Source: Reclinomonas americana ATCC 50394 (Eukaryota). Taken from it: a stretch of 39,806 nt of DNA. The notes under the pieces were generated by a model. That model saw nothing but the letters and a program-made list of their open reading frames with translations, did no database searches and was not told the origin of the DNA. Positions within the stretch are counted from its first letter, which is position 1, and every line of letters begins with the position of its first letter. The stretch is from contig PS015367.1 of NCBI GenBank assembly GCA_048213135.1, forward strand, positions 33,231-73,036. Direction: 5' to 3'. The position numbers were made by a program, and so were the translations under genes. This document shows, one piece after another, positions 27,362 through 39,731 of this stretch.

Positions 27362-30300
27362 ATGAGTGCCGCCGCTCCGCCCGCTGTGTCTCTGCGGCGA
27401 CACACAGATGCGCTGTCGCTGCTGGCGGCCCTCGCCGGGGGAGATGACTCGGACGAGCAGACACATGTAGCGACGGCCGTGGCGGCGGTGGTGGAGGCGG
27501 GAGAGCTAGCAGCAGCTGTTGTACAAGACGATGATGATGATGATGATGATGACTGTTGTGATTCAGCAGAAGCAGCGGTGGTGCCAGACGGGGGACCGGG
27601 AGGAGGGCCGGTGCGTGACAGTTGACTTGCCATTGTTGCTTCTTTGTGCTCACTTGATTGGAGCAGGATCGCGTCAGTTCCGTGTTCTTTGTCGGCACTC
27701 AGGACCAATGGTGTGGTCAGTTCGATTTTGGTGCGCCGATTGCCGAGCAGCTGCAAGGTGAGATAAAGGGAAAGGGAGGGGAAGGAGATGGAGGGGGGAA
27801 GGGGGAGGGGAGTGAGGGAGTAGATGCGTTGTGCTTGCTGAGATCTTGCGGTGAGTTCTCCTGCCTGCCGATACGGAGGCATATCTTGCACGCATCGCTA
27901 TGTGTCGAACGCCGTGATTCCTGCTCTATAGCCGAAGGATTTTTGCTTCCTATTAGTCATGTGTCGCTCTGTGCAACGTTTCTAGTCCGTGTCTGAGTTC
28001 TCGGCGAAGCATACGTCCACTTTCTGTGTTACTCTCTAGACTCTCTCGTCGACTTCTCTGCATCGAATGGTGGTTTCTGCGTTTATCTGGAGCTGTATCG
28101 CTCTTTGCTTCTCTGAGTTGTGTGAACTTGGCTTCAATGCGCTCTACGGAATACGTTGACTTCTCCCCGCATTGATCTCCTCATATTGTTCTTGCCAGAA
28201 CCTTTGTAGTATGCCTCTCCCTTTCCTTTTGTCTCCTTCATTCCATATTTCACGCTGCGTTGCTCTTCGTTCTCTCTTTATTCTTGTTTTTCGCTCCGTT
28301 TCCTCGTGTCTCTTCATTCTCTTCTTGCTTCTCTCACTCTCTCTCCTTTTTGCACTCTCATTTTCTTGCCTGTCATCCTTTCTTTTGTTTCTCCCTCACT
28401 GCGATCTTCTGATCTCGTCACATCTCTCCCTTCCATCGCTCTCTCCTTCATTGTCTCTTCCGCTTTCTTTCTTTACTTGTCCTTGTTGCCCTTCCGTAGT
28501 GCTTTGCTGTCTTGCATTCGCTGTACATCCTTTCTTTCCTCTCTGGCCAAGCGTTTGTAAATGCCATCCTTCCTTTATTTTCTCCACTCGCTCCGTATTT
28601 CACGTCCTCTTTCTTCATGGCCACTCGATTTCTTGCTTTTCTCATTTTTTCCCATTGCCTTCTCCATCCGTTTATGCCTTCCCTATTTGCAGAACGAGAC
28701 CTGATTATTGACGGCGACGGCCCTCTGTCGCACCTGCTGGAAGACGTCCTCGCACTGCAGCTGGTTCGCTCATCTCCACTCTTCTACCTTCTCTCACCGC
28801 GACTCAGTGTCGTCCGCCCGCAGAGCGACCAAATGGCCACTGGCATAGCCACCGTGTTTCGACAGCTGATGACGGGCGGCGGCAGCGGAGAGTGGCTGCA
28901 GCCGGTGCACTTTCACAGCCGTCACGAATCGCTGCACATTGATCTCCCCATGTTGCACCAGGTGCGGGGAGGAAGAGGAAGGCTGAATAGATTTTGACTG
29001 TTTCCTCGCTTGCTCACTGGCAACTGCACAGAACGAGTCGGTGGTGCCGCACCTGCAGTCGCTTGAGTCGCTGACGTTTGTGGCCAAGCTGCGACGTGTG
29101 TGCGTCAATTGCGGGGATTCGGCCACTGCCGAGGAGGTGGAGAGATGTGTACGATTCTCGCCGTGGCATCAGAAGATGGAGGTATGAATGTGGGAGCGGT
29201 TAGGACAAGGGTGCAGATGGACAACTCGTTCAGTCTGCAAGATGGTTTTGCTTTGTGCTTGCTTGTTTGCGGTGCGCTTTCTTCTCTCCATGCAACTTGC
29301 ACTCTCAGTCTCTCTCGTTTTCTCATTCGTTTTCCGTGGTGTGCCTGATTCCGTCGCAGTTGTCTCTTCTCTTGCACGACTGTTCACTCCATGCAAGTTT
29401 CACTTTCAGTCTCTCTCGTTTCTCATTCGTTTTCCGTGGTGCGCCTGGTTCCTTCACATTGTCTCTTCTCTGCAACACCTGATCATTCTGTCAATGCAAC
29501 TCTGAGTCTCTCCATTTCTCATTCGTTTTCCGTGGTGCATCTGATTCCCGTCACAGTTGTCTCTTCTCTAGGACAACTGATCTCATTATACTAGAGTCTC
29601 TTCTTTTGCAATCGTGTTTCTCCATGAAAATGCAACTCTCACTCTCAGTCTCTCCTTTCTTATTTCTACTTTCGGTGCGTCTGGTTCCAGTCACAGTTGT
29701 CTCTTCTCTTCCACGGCTGTTCACTCCATGAAACTTGCACTCTCAGTCCGAATCCTCTTTCGTTTCCGTGGTTCGTCTGGTTACCGCCACAGTCAGCTCA
29801 ATGTCTCATCTCTTCAACGGCTGTTCACTCCATGCAACTGCACCTTCATTGTCAGGCTCTCTCCTTTTTCGCATTCGTTTTCCGTGGTGTGCTGGATTCT
29901 GACACAGTTGTCTCTTCTCTTCAACACGTGATTGTTCTGTCAAATACACCTTCAGTCTCTCCGTTTCTCATTTCGTTTTCAGAGGTCGTCTGGTTCCGCC
30001 ACAGTTGTCCCTTCCCTGATCGCTCTGTCAAATGCAACTTTGTGTCTCTCCGTTTCTCATTCGATTCAAGTGCGTCTCGTTCAGTCTCTTCCACAGTTGT
30101 TCTCTCAGTTACCGGCACCCTTCAGTGTCAGTCTCTCTCCTTTCCTCATTTCCTCCATTGTGTCTCTAACTTGCATTCGTGTATTTCTTTCTTGCCTGTT
30201 TGCTGTAAGCCTTTCACATCCTGAGTTGCTCTCTCTCCTTTGTTCTACACTTGATCTCTTGCTTGCCTGATTTCTGTGCATCTTTTCACATTCCCTTGCC

Positions 30301-31281
30301 CTTTCCCGCCAGACCGCCCTCCGCTCCATTGGCATCGCAGCAGACGACGAAATCCGCGCCGTCACCTCCGTCATGCTCGCCCTCTTTGCCCTCTGCCACG
30401 AGCCATACACCCTCCACGCGGCGGCATTTCTCGGCATCAAGGATGCGGTGCGTCTCTATCCGTGACACTTGCCTCTATCCTATCTCCTCATGCGCCACCG
30501 CAGGATGTCATCTCCAACTATCTCCTCCTGCCGACGGTCCTCGTGCATCCAACCGGCTCCATCACCCTCGACCAGCACGACAAGCGTGCGCATCTCATGA
30601 AAGGTCCGTGATGGTTGACGTCCTCTCTGTTCTGTGCCAATCTCACTTTGTGTTTCGTGACAGCTCTGTACTGCGACCTCGTGTCGTGGATCATCGACCG
30701 CATGTGCAGTCAGCCACACCGATCGTCACTCGATGCATGGCAACACATCTTTGTGATTCCAGCCGCTTATGTTGCGTCCTGCGCCTCTCCCCTCTCTTCC
30801 CCGCTCTCACCTCGCCCCCACAGACCACCGCCTCCATGGCCCCGCTGGACGCCTTTGCCGCCGTGACGCTGAACGAGTTTGTGATGCAACTCAAAATCAC
30901 CGAGCACTTGCTGGTGTCGCACGAACGACTGACCGCCGAGTGCGGCGACGAGCGCGCCTCACGATGGGATCCATCGTCGTACTTGGCCGCCCGGGCCCCG
31001 ATGTTGCCACTGCAGGAGCTGCTGAGTGAGCTCAGCGAGGAGGGCGTGCTGGAGATGGGAGCGAGGTCAGTGGGTGACAAGAGGAAGGGTGGGCTTTCTG
31101 TTTTTGATGAATTTCTCCCTCCAGCTCGCCACTCCTGCGCTCGTATGCGGTAGAGCTGGCCGACTCGGACGCGGTGGTCAGTGCTGATGCTGCGCACACT
31201 CTCCGATTTCTCTTTCAGCTGGGGGAGGTGAGGAGAAGGGGAAGGGAAAGGGGAAGAGAGGGGGAAGGGGAAGAGGGGGAC

Positions 31282-31327
<46 letters not shown>

Positions 31328-34300
31328 GAACACGACGAGAGAGTGTGTAGTAGACGACGTACGTACGCGGACGGACGGACGGACGGAGGGACGGGTAGGT
31401 AGGACGAACGAACGAACGACGTAGTAGTAGTNNNNNNNNNNNNNNNNNNNNACGAGGAGAGAGAGAGAGAGAGAGAGAGAGAGGGACAAACACGCAGGAA
31501 AGCGTGTGATAGCACGTAACTGGCAGGCGCAGAGGGGCGAGTGAGCGAAACACACGGATAGATGGCGAGTTGCATAACACACTCACGGAGTAGGTAGGCA
31601 AGTTGACAGACAGCGGGGGAGAGACAGAGGGGAAAAAGTGCAGTGTATGCAAGCAAGTTGGTCTGGTGGTCTATCAGAACGAAGCGCAAGAGGCGGAGAA
31701 CTATGCACAGCAGTTGGTAGGAGAAGATGCAAAGGCATGGCAGTCTTGATAGATCGGCCATAAAGCGGGGCTTGCTGATTGTGTCGCTGGTAGTTGAGCA
31801 CAGCTCAAGCAATGCACAAGTACAGATAGGCATATTGGTTTCTGTGATAGTAAGTGCCCAGCTTGTTTTCAGTGGTCACAATCTTACGAGGCGAAGGGTC
31901 TTCTTGGCGTGTGTCATAGTTTGTGGGTATCATGTGAGGCACCAGTCGCAGTGACACGTGGTGGCAGTCGGCGGAGATCGTCGTTGTTCGCGCATGATCA
32001 GAGACGCAGTGGATCTTGCATCGTGAGCACAGAATTCCTAGTCGGCAATGTCACTGGCTGCATGAACACAAACGGGCCGTGTTTACACATGTGGCAAGTG
32101 TTCTTGCTTGCAAGCCTTGGTAGATGGTCCCATGAATGGAAGAGTGAGTAGGAGTTTGGCCAATTATCAATTTTCATTCGCAGCCAGCTTGAGAACTATA
32201 AGAGAGCTGGTCTTTGTTCCACCTCTCCGCTTTCGATCCCCTTCCCCCGAATCCACCCTCCTTCTCCTCATCTCGTCGTTTTCTGCAGCGCCGCCTGGAC
32301 TTCCTGCTCACCCACCTGGTGCCACTGGAATCGCGTGCACTCGGACTGGAGCTGCAAGCGGTGCGCGCCGCCTCGCAGAACCGTCTGGTGGCCGACGCCG
32401 TGATCAAGGCCGTGCGACCGAGTCTCGGTCCGCGCACACACTCGCCCTCGGCTCTCGCCCGTTTGCGGCTCTTCATGAACGCCGCAGAGGCCGCCCATCG
32501 TCCGCTGTGTTTAACCGTGGTGCCGCGACCGACGTCGGCGCAGTTGCGTGACAGTGACTGTCGTGAATGCCAGCATCGCTTGTTTCTCACCCACGAATGC
32601 AGGCGTGATATGCAAGAGGATCAGAGCTCGTGGAGCGTGCGCATGTTTGAGACGGTGGTCGCCGGGTACCCCTCCGTGTGTCACCCGCTGGAGGAGTTTC
32701 CGATGCCACCCATTGGCGACAGCACGGTTTGTGTGACTTAATGGTTGATGACGATTGACGCAAACTCATCTCTCTATTTTCTCTTCCACAGGACTACTTT
32801 GTGCAGCAGGGTCTCGATCGCACATCCTTCGTCATTGGCGATGAATTGGTATTCTTCTCGCCCTCGGCGTGGCGTATGTTGCAGGTCTGGTGTAGGAAGT
32901 GTACCTTGGCACTCTTCTCCGTAATATTCACTCTTCGTGCACAGGTATCACAACGGTCGGCAGTGGATTACATGCAGCAGTACCTCCGTTGCGCCGCACT
33001 CCTTGACACGCTTCTCTCGGCAAGTGGCTCACCACTTCCCCTCCCTCCCTCCCGCAGATGTCGTGCGGCTGGACGATGTCGTTGACCTGGCGAGTCGATA
33101 CGAGACAAAATTGCGGGCGCACTTCGATGTTGATCGGCACGAACCGGCCGAGCTGGCCGCCATGCTGTCGCTCTCCAAGTGGCTGTCGTCGCGGGATGCG
33201 AACTCGGATCACGATGGAGATGATGGGGATGATGGGGATGGCGAGGGGGAAGAGGAGGTTGACGGTGAGGGAGTGAGGGTGGGAGGGAAAGGGGTGAGAG
33301 GGTGATGGGAGAAGGGTGAGAGGGGAAGGGGGTGAGAAGGGAAGGGTGAATAGGGGAAGGGTGAGAGTGGAAAGAGGTGAGAGGGAAAGGGGTGAGGGGG
33401 AAGTGGGTGAGAGGGGAAGGGTGAGAGGAAGGGGTGAGGGTGATGGGGGAAGGAGTGAGAGGGGGAGGGAGAGAATGGGAGGGGTGAGAGGGAAAGGGGT
33501 GAGAGGGAAAGGGGTGAGGGGGAAGGGGGTGAGAGGGAAGGGGTGAGAATGGGAAGGGGGTGGGAGGGAAGAAGGGATGGGGGGAAGGGGGTGAGAAGGG
33601 AAGGGGGTGGGAGGGAAAGGGTGGGAGGGGAAGGGGGTGAGGAAGGAGTGGGTGAGAGGGAAGGGGGTGAAAAGGGAATGGGGTGAGAGGAAGGGAGAGA
33701 AAGGCATGATGAAAGAGAGGAAGACAGAGAAAGAGAATAGAGAGAAGAGAGAATGGGATACAAGAAAAGAGGGCAAGAAGAGAACGGGAAGGAGCGAAAA
33801 GAAATGAGAGGAAAACACACACCAGAAAGTGAGGAAGGAGAGAAGGCACGAGAATGAATGAAAGAGAGAGAGAGAGAGAGAAGAGAAAGGGAAGGAGCGA
33901 AAGGGAAGAGAGAGAAAGGAGAGGAAAAACACGCGCCAGAAAGAGAGGAAGGATAGAAGCCGCGAGAAAGAATGAAAGAAGCAGTGTGTGTGTCTGTGTT
34001 AGAGAGGAAGATTACACGGAACGAATACTTTGGAATGTGGGAGCAATGGCGATGGAAAGAACAGCGGTAGTGATGAGAGAACCAACAGGCAGTGAGACCC
34101 ACCTGGAAATGTGGTGTTTCGGAGTGGACAGAAGGCACTGAGTGCGTCACATCCGTCAATATAGAGCGCAATGCATGTGGCAAAAAAAAGCAGGTGTTCT
34201 GAGATGCAAGGGATCACAGTTGTCACTCGCATGATACACGACTCTCCTGTCTCTTTCTCTCCACACCTCTCCAACCTCTCTACCCTCATCCTCACACTCA

Positions 34301-37300
34301 TGTTCTCTCACATCTCAGTTATTCTCTTCTCCAACTGCAGGCCGCGCACAACACATTCGCGTCCGCACTACCTTCCGCGACCTGGCCGACTTGGACGCGT
34401 ATCGCTTCATTGACTCGTTGCCGCGGAAGACGCACGGCGATGATGGTTTGCGATCAACTCGCCCACTTCCTGTTGCCTGTTCTCAATTCCTCCACCACAG
34501 ATGGCTCTGTGGACTTCGACTCGGATTCAGCACGTACACCAAAGCACCGTGCTGGTGATGAGAAAGGGCACACCCGGTCGCCGTCCGAGGTGAGTCACTA
34601 CGACATGAGACCAAAGAGCCTTCCAGTCCCTCATTATTTTGGTTGTGCAGGCACGTATTGGCGCACAAGAGCGACAGACGCTGGTCGACTATGGAGTCTC
34701 CATGGATTTCATGTGGCTGCTGCTGGAGGTGTTTGATCATCAGCTCACGCCAGAGTTGCTCAGCAAGGTGCGGCAGAGTGGCGATCGTTTCTGCAGAAGC
34801 AATTCTCACGCATTCCACCCCACAGCGCACGGTTGTCGCATACTGCCGTCACGCGTATGTGGTACTGCAGGAGGAGATCACGGAGGCAAAGACAGCGAAG
34901 GTTCGCGACTTTGCGGCGCAGGTGCTGGTGTGGCGAGTGTTGCAGGTGCGTTGTGTCGTGTGGTTCAAAGACTCCTGCCAGCATATTGATGGTTGGAGTG
35001 CAGGGCCTCGAGTTTCTCACGAGGTCGAGTGGTCGTCTGCCGCTGGTCAACACGCTGGAGCGGCTGCAGGCGATGCGCGAGTCGGGGGTGAGTGGGAAGG
35101 GGAGAGGGAGATAAAGGGTTCTGCTATCGCGATAGTCGCGATCTGTCCTCTCCCAGAGGCGAAGCCTTATCGTGCAAGATCAGTCTTCTACGCGTTCGCA
35201 AGTCTTTACTTTATCACACTAGCTGTTGCTCTCGCGTCTCGCCGCTGCCAGTCCTCACGCACTCGTTTATTTTCCTCCGCCTTTTCCCTTCTCCTCTCCA
35301 TCGCTCCCGATCCTCACTCTCTCGTGTGTTCTCTTCCGCCGTGACCTCTCGCCAGTCCTCACGCACTCGTTTATTTTCCTCCGCCTTTTCCCTTCTCCTC
35401 TCCATCGCTCCCGATCCTCACGCACTCGTTTATTCTCTCCCGCCGTGACCTCTCGCGTCAGTCCTCACGCGCTCGTTTATTTTCCTCTCCATCGCTCCCT
35501 TTCGGTGTGACCCATCCCTTTCCCCTTACCCCCAGGTCATGTCACAAGCCCTTCGCCTCCTCATGGAGCTCATGCACGGCATCACCCTCGGTCCGGAGGC
35601 CGACGAAGACTTTGCGTACGAGTTGCAGGCGTTGATTTTGGCCATCACAGATCGGTGGACGCAGGAGCCGTACTACACCGACAGCAATCGGTGAGTATCT
35701 CTTCAAACTGTGCTCCCTTGACGACAGCCGTGTTGTTCACTTGGTCCGCGCAGCAATTGGATGGTGGTCCACGGCCACGTGTGGACGCTGATGCAGCTAC
35801 TGGATGGATTATTGCGTGCCACGTCAGGGCAGTCGTATGCACAACGGAATGCGTTGGCGGCGACGCAGATTGTGACCAATGTGACGAAGCGGTGAGGCGA
35901 TTCATGGAATCAGAGAGAGACAGAAGGCAGGCTCACCGTCGATGGATTGCGCAGTGAGGACGAATTGCGCGTGCTGCAGACGCAGTTTGTGCGCGCCCGT
36001 GGACACAAAGTGGAGCCCATGTTCTGTCGCGATGTGCCTGCCGTCATTCACCAGTGCATTGCGGTGCGCTTCTCCGCGCGTTGTGTGATATTAACAAGGC
36101 ACTTACCACGGCGATGTTTGGCAGTCTGAGGATCGCCTGCTGTCGTTGGCCGGTCTCAAGCTGTTCCAGAACTTTGCATACATTTTCCACGCCCATTTCC
36201 GGCCGGCTGGCACGCTGCGAGTAGTGTTTCAGGTATTGTGGCTCTGGCGACAATTCCATTTTCTATATCTCTCTTGCAGGATTGATGTGTTGCCTCGTTT
36301 GAAGCGCGTGTTGATGTTAGACCATTTTCTCACACACTGGACGCTCCATAGACGCTGTGCCAGCGAGATGCGGAGTACGCGCATGATGCCGCAGTGGCCA
36401 TCCTGGCGGCCTCGTCGCTGCGAGTGCCAAAGAACGAGCTCATGCGCCATGTGCAGGAGGTATTCGCGTCGTCAAAGTCTCTCTCAGTCTCTCTCAAACT
36501 CTCTCAGTCCTCAGTCTCTCCCAGTCTCTGATTCTCTGTCTCTCTCATTCTCTGTCAGTTTCTCTGTCTCTCTCATTCTCTCTCTCTCAGTCTCTCTCTG
36601 TCTTTCTCTCTCTCTCACAGTCTGTCTCAGTCTCTCAGTCTCTGTCAGTTTCTAAGTCTCTCAGTCTCCAAGTCTCTCGGTCTCTTATAGTTCTCTCTCA
36701 AACTCTCTCGGTCCTCAGTCTCTCCCAGTCTCTGATTCTCTGTCTCTCTCAGTCTCTCAGTCTCTCTCAGTCTCTCATTCTCAGTCAGTTTCTCGCAGTC
36801 TCTCGTTCTATCATTCTCTGTCAGTTTCTCGCAGTCTCTCGTTCTCTCATTCTCTGTCAGTTTCTCTGATTCTCTGTCTCTCTCATTCTCTCATTCTCTG
36901 TCAGTTTCTCTGTCTCTCATTCTCTCATTCTCTGTCAGTTTCTCTGTCTCTCTCAGTCTCTCAACCTCTCTCAACCTCTCTCTCAAACTCTCTCTGTCTC
37001 TCTCAGTCTATCTCAGTCTATCTCAGTCTATCTCAGTCTCTCTCAGTCTCTCAGTCTCTAACTTCACTTGTCATGGTTGCCACAGAGCGGCGGCATTCAC
37101 CTCTTCTGTCGGTGCATGTTCCACCCGATGCCCGACATGGCGGAGAAGGCGGCCGTGTTTCTTATGGGATGCTGCAAGCCGAGCCTGTCAAATCAGCAGT
37201 GGTGAGTGGCCCCGCAACACAAGGGAGGTTATCTCGGTCTCTCAACCCTTGGTGTGCCTGTCGCAGCGACGTCAACCGACGCCTGCTCCATTCGCTGCTG

Positions 37301-37801
37301 GAGGGGTGTGACAAGCGTGTGCGCGGGGCGTGGGATGAGTTTGTGGGAGAGCCGACGTTTGATAATTTGCAGGAGTTGGTGGCCGCGGTGCAGCAGCAGT
37401 CCAGGTAAAGGGGGGAACGGGGGAGGGGAAGGGAGAAGGAGAAGGAGAGGGAGAGCGCGCGAAAGAGAGAGGCAAGAATGGCAGACAAAATCGTGGATTG
37501 AAGGCAGAGTGGAAGTTGAGAGAGTGTTCGGAAGGGAGCGAATCCAGCCCGTCTCCCTTTCTCACGTACTCTCCTTTTCTCTCTCTCTCTCTCTATCTAT
37601 CTTATTTCGAGGAAGACGTTCTCTTGCAGCTGATTGAATCACTGTTTGTTGAGGAAGAGACGCAGCGTTTATCGGTGTTTCAGAGCACTCATCTTGTGCC
37701 CTCCACTTCCCAGAACTATCACCTCCACCATCAAGAGCCAGCTGGACAAGCAGCTGCGGAGCGAGTTCTTCCTGGCGCTGGAGACCGACTGGTGGCAGTG
37801 A
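27362..37801 (+). CDS. Degenerate myosin-motor-domain protein (pseudo-myosin) with an IQ-like segment and an ARM/HEAT-like tail, about 27 exons
   Basis: Phase-consistent exons from 27362 (or 27305) to TGA at 37799-37801, e.g. 27667-27757, 28693-28763, 28824-28961, 29032-29097, 30313-30447, 30504-30603, 30664-30770, 30824-31065, 31125-31227, 32289-32726, 32792-32884 ... 37714-37801. Collinear myosin-head-like blocks: ALRSIGI...AAAFLGI; RAHLMKALYCDLVSWIIDRM; LDAFAAVTLNEFVMQ; ASQNRLV; LRLFMNAAEAAHRPLCLTVVP; ETVVAGYP; GLDRTSFVIGDELVFF. Confidence in the gene is higher than in the family call. Confidence 0.75.
29290..30150. repeat. Intronic minisatellite, about 100-120-bp unit, about 7 diverged copies
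   Basis: Recurrent ctcagtctctc..tttctcattcgttttccgtggtg...cacagttgtctcttctct...ctgttcactccatgcaa. Confidence 0.85.
33265..33700 (+). repeat. G-rich intronic satellite (gggaagggggtgaga-like units), potential G-quadruplex
   Basis: Dense GGG tracts in tandem directly after the donor at 33265. Confidence 0.85.
35238..35500. repeat. Intronic tandem repeat, about 105-bp unit, about 2.5 copies
   Basis: cagtcctcacgcactcgtttattttcctccgccttttcccttctcctctccatcgctcccgatcctcac at about 35249 and 35353, partial at about 35459. Confidence 0.85.
36476..37060. repeat. Intronic degenerate simple repeat (tctctcagtc / tctctcattc / tctgtcagtt)n
   Basis: Directly visible. Confidence 0.85.
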
Positions 37802-38356
37802 AGGGGGGAGTCAGTCAGTGTATTCCTGAGTTTGTACAATCCATGCGTGTATAAAGGAGACCTGTGGACCCGCAGCGACAAGCAGCATTCACTCTACAGG
37901 ATGCTCTGCGCGACGATATAGCGACAACAACTCAATCGCCAATAAACCAGCAATGGCTGTCTTCTTGAGGCAGCAGCAGGTTTCTTGTACAAGCAGGACA
38001 TAAAACTTCACTGATCCGTACACAACAATGCAGTGATCGCCAACAAAGATCGTGCATTCTTCTAGAGGTGTGCCAAGGTAATGGTCTTGTCGCAATGTTG
38101 TGAATGACGCTTTGTTGTTGTTGTGTTATCGGTGTTGAGAAAAATCCCTATTCATGAAGAAGACTTTGTCAGCAATGACCACCAGAAGGCGTCCATCGAT
38201 CGCGTCAAGAAGAACAGTGGGGCAAGTATTGGGAAACTGTCTCCACACCACAACCATGACAGTAGCTTGCACGTCGGCTGTGCACCACACTCCTTTCACG
38301 AATCTTTCTCTCTCTCTCTCTCGTTTTCTCTCCCCGTCCTTTCCCCTTGTTGCCCT

Positions 38357-38631
38357 CATACAGGTGGTCAGTTCGCTTATTCATTTCATCACACGTCCAC
38401 GAGACAATTGAACAAAAAGCACGGGGGACCAGCAAGCAAAATAGGTGAAAGAGTGCACGCAGTGTCAAGAGTCACCTCCTTTCTCTCGTTCCCTTCTCCC
38501 TATCCCTCTCCCGTCATACAGGTGGTCAGTTTGCTTATTCATTTCATCACACGTCCATGAGACAACTTAACAAAAAGCACAGGCAAGCAGGGGACCAGCA
38601 AGCAAAAAAAAGGTGAAAGAGTGCACGCAGT
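38357..38631. repeat. Direct repeat (about 110 bp x 2) just downstream of the elongase stop codon
   Basis: catacaggtggtcagtt.gcttattcatttcatcacacgtcca.gagacaa.t.aacaaaaagcac...ggggaccagcaagcaaaa.aggtgaaagagtgcacgcagt at about 38357 and 38515. Confidence 0.88.
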
Positions 38632-38649
38632 CAGAACACCACCCGTCGC

Positions 38650-39731
38650 TCAGCGCTTGGGGGTGCTCTTCGCCTCGGCCGGCTTGGCCTTGGCGCTGGA
38701 CGGCGACGTTGTGACATTGTTGGTGGCGGCGGCGACCGCAGGCGTCGTGGTTGCCTTGGCGGCGGCGGCGCGCTTGGCACGGTCGGCGCGCTGATTGGCG
38801 ATCAGCAACTTGATGAAGAGGAAGAGGAAGATGAAGCCGATCGTCTGGCCGAACCAGAACGACAGCGTCTCGCCACCGCACTTCTGCAAATATGGGGAGA
38901 GAGTGAGACGCCATCAACTATCACAGCACAATAAGGATATCGCGACACGCACCACGCCAGTGTGGCGGTAGGTGTAGACAAAGTAGGGCCACGTCGACGA
39001 CAGGTCGAACACAAACTGCACAATCTGCAGCTTGGTCACCAGGTTGCGCCAGTCGGTGGGGACCTTGGCGGCCATGCGGAGGTAGTACCAGTACATGACC
39101 ACGTGGATGAGGCTCTGGAGGAGGGGGAAAGGGGGGAAAGGAGGGAAAGGAGGTGAGTGAAGGGAAAGGAGAAGGAGAAGGGGGCAAAGGGAAGGAGAAG
39201 GGTGAGAATAGGTAGAGAGAAAGACGAGACATCTGCAGGACAGAGGAAGGAGGAGATATGAGAGTTTGAGAAAATAAAAAGAACGGAAGAAGAAAGTGAG
39301 ACTGGGTGCCAGAAAACAAATAAGAGAGCGAACACGAGAGGATCAGAGATTTTGTAACAGGAAAGAGAAGACATCATAGAAAGAAACGAACGAGACAAGG
39401 CGGCAAGAAGACAGGAGAGAGAGATAACAAGGAAAAGGGCGAGTAACGGAGAAGATAGTCTCAGGACTACTATGGTACGACGGTCCATATGCCTCAGCAG
39501 TCCGTCAACGCAACACTGCGCAACAAACAAGAATGAGCACCGGAACACGCCAATACCTCTCACGCAAGCATGCATGCGCAACTTTGCCACCACGGCCACC
39601 CACTGGATGCTGAACTTGGTCTCCATGAAGGTCCAGAACAGGTACATGACCACAATGTGGTGGAACAGGTGGAGGAAGCTGATCTCGCGCTGGCGCAGCA
39701 CAATGATCACCGTGTCCAGCAGCTCGTAGAA
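38650..39731 (-). CDS. ELO: Very-long-chain fatty acid elongase (ELO / GNS1-SUR4 family), 5'-partial
   Basis: Exons 39731-39583, 39515 (1 nt), 39114-38953 and 38883-38650 give FYELLDTVIIVLR, SFLHLFHH (HxxHH), NSLIHVVMYWYY (NxxxHxxMYxYY), TKLQIVQF (TxxQxxQ) and a C-terminal ...KSTPKR. Confidence 0.95.
39515..39515 (-). other. Putative single-nucleotide exon (T) of the elongase gene
   Basis: The minus strand reads ttcttgtttgttgcgcag|T|gttgcgttg, flanked by a 67-nt intron (39582-39516) and a 400-nt intron (39514-39115). It completes codon AA|T (Asn) and restores the frame. Confidence 0.78.

Larger units (their letters stand above)
16797..31451. other. Assembly gaps (N runs) at about 16797-17140, 18690-19193, 21256-21341, 23780-23799, 25104-25305 and 31432-31451
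   Basis: N runs, all inside inferred introns and mostly next to simple repeats. Confidence 0.97.

Noticed and set aside
33019-33025. GC-AG intron (TCG|gcaagt) in the pseudo-myosin
   Set aside because: It has the wrong phase for the acceptor at 33057. The GTTGCG donor at 32988 gives the right phase and a typical 70-nt intron.
37860-38300. Short ORFs between the pseudo-myosin and the elongase (also 6080-6637 between genes 1 and 2)
   Set aside because: No recognisable protein motif or consistent splice structure. Most likely UTR or intergenic sequence between convergent genes.
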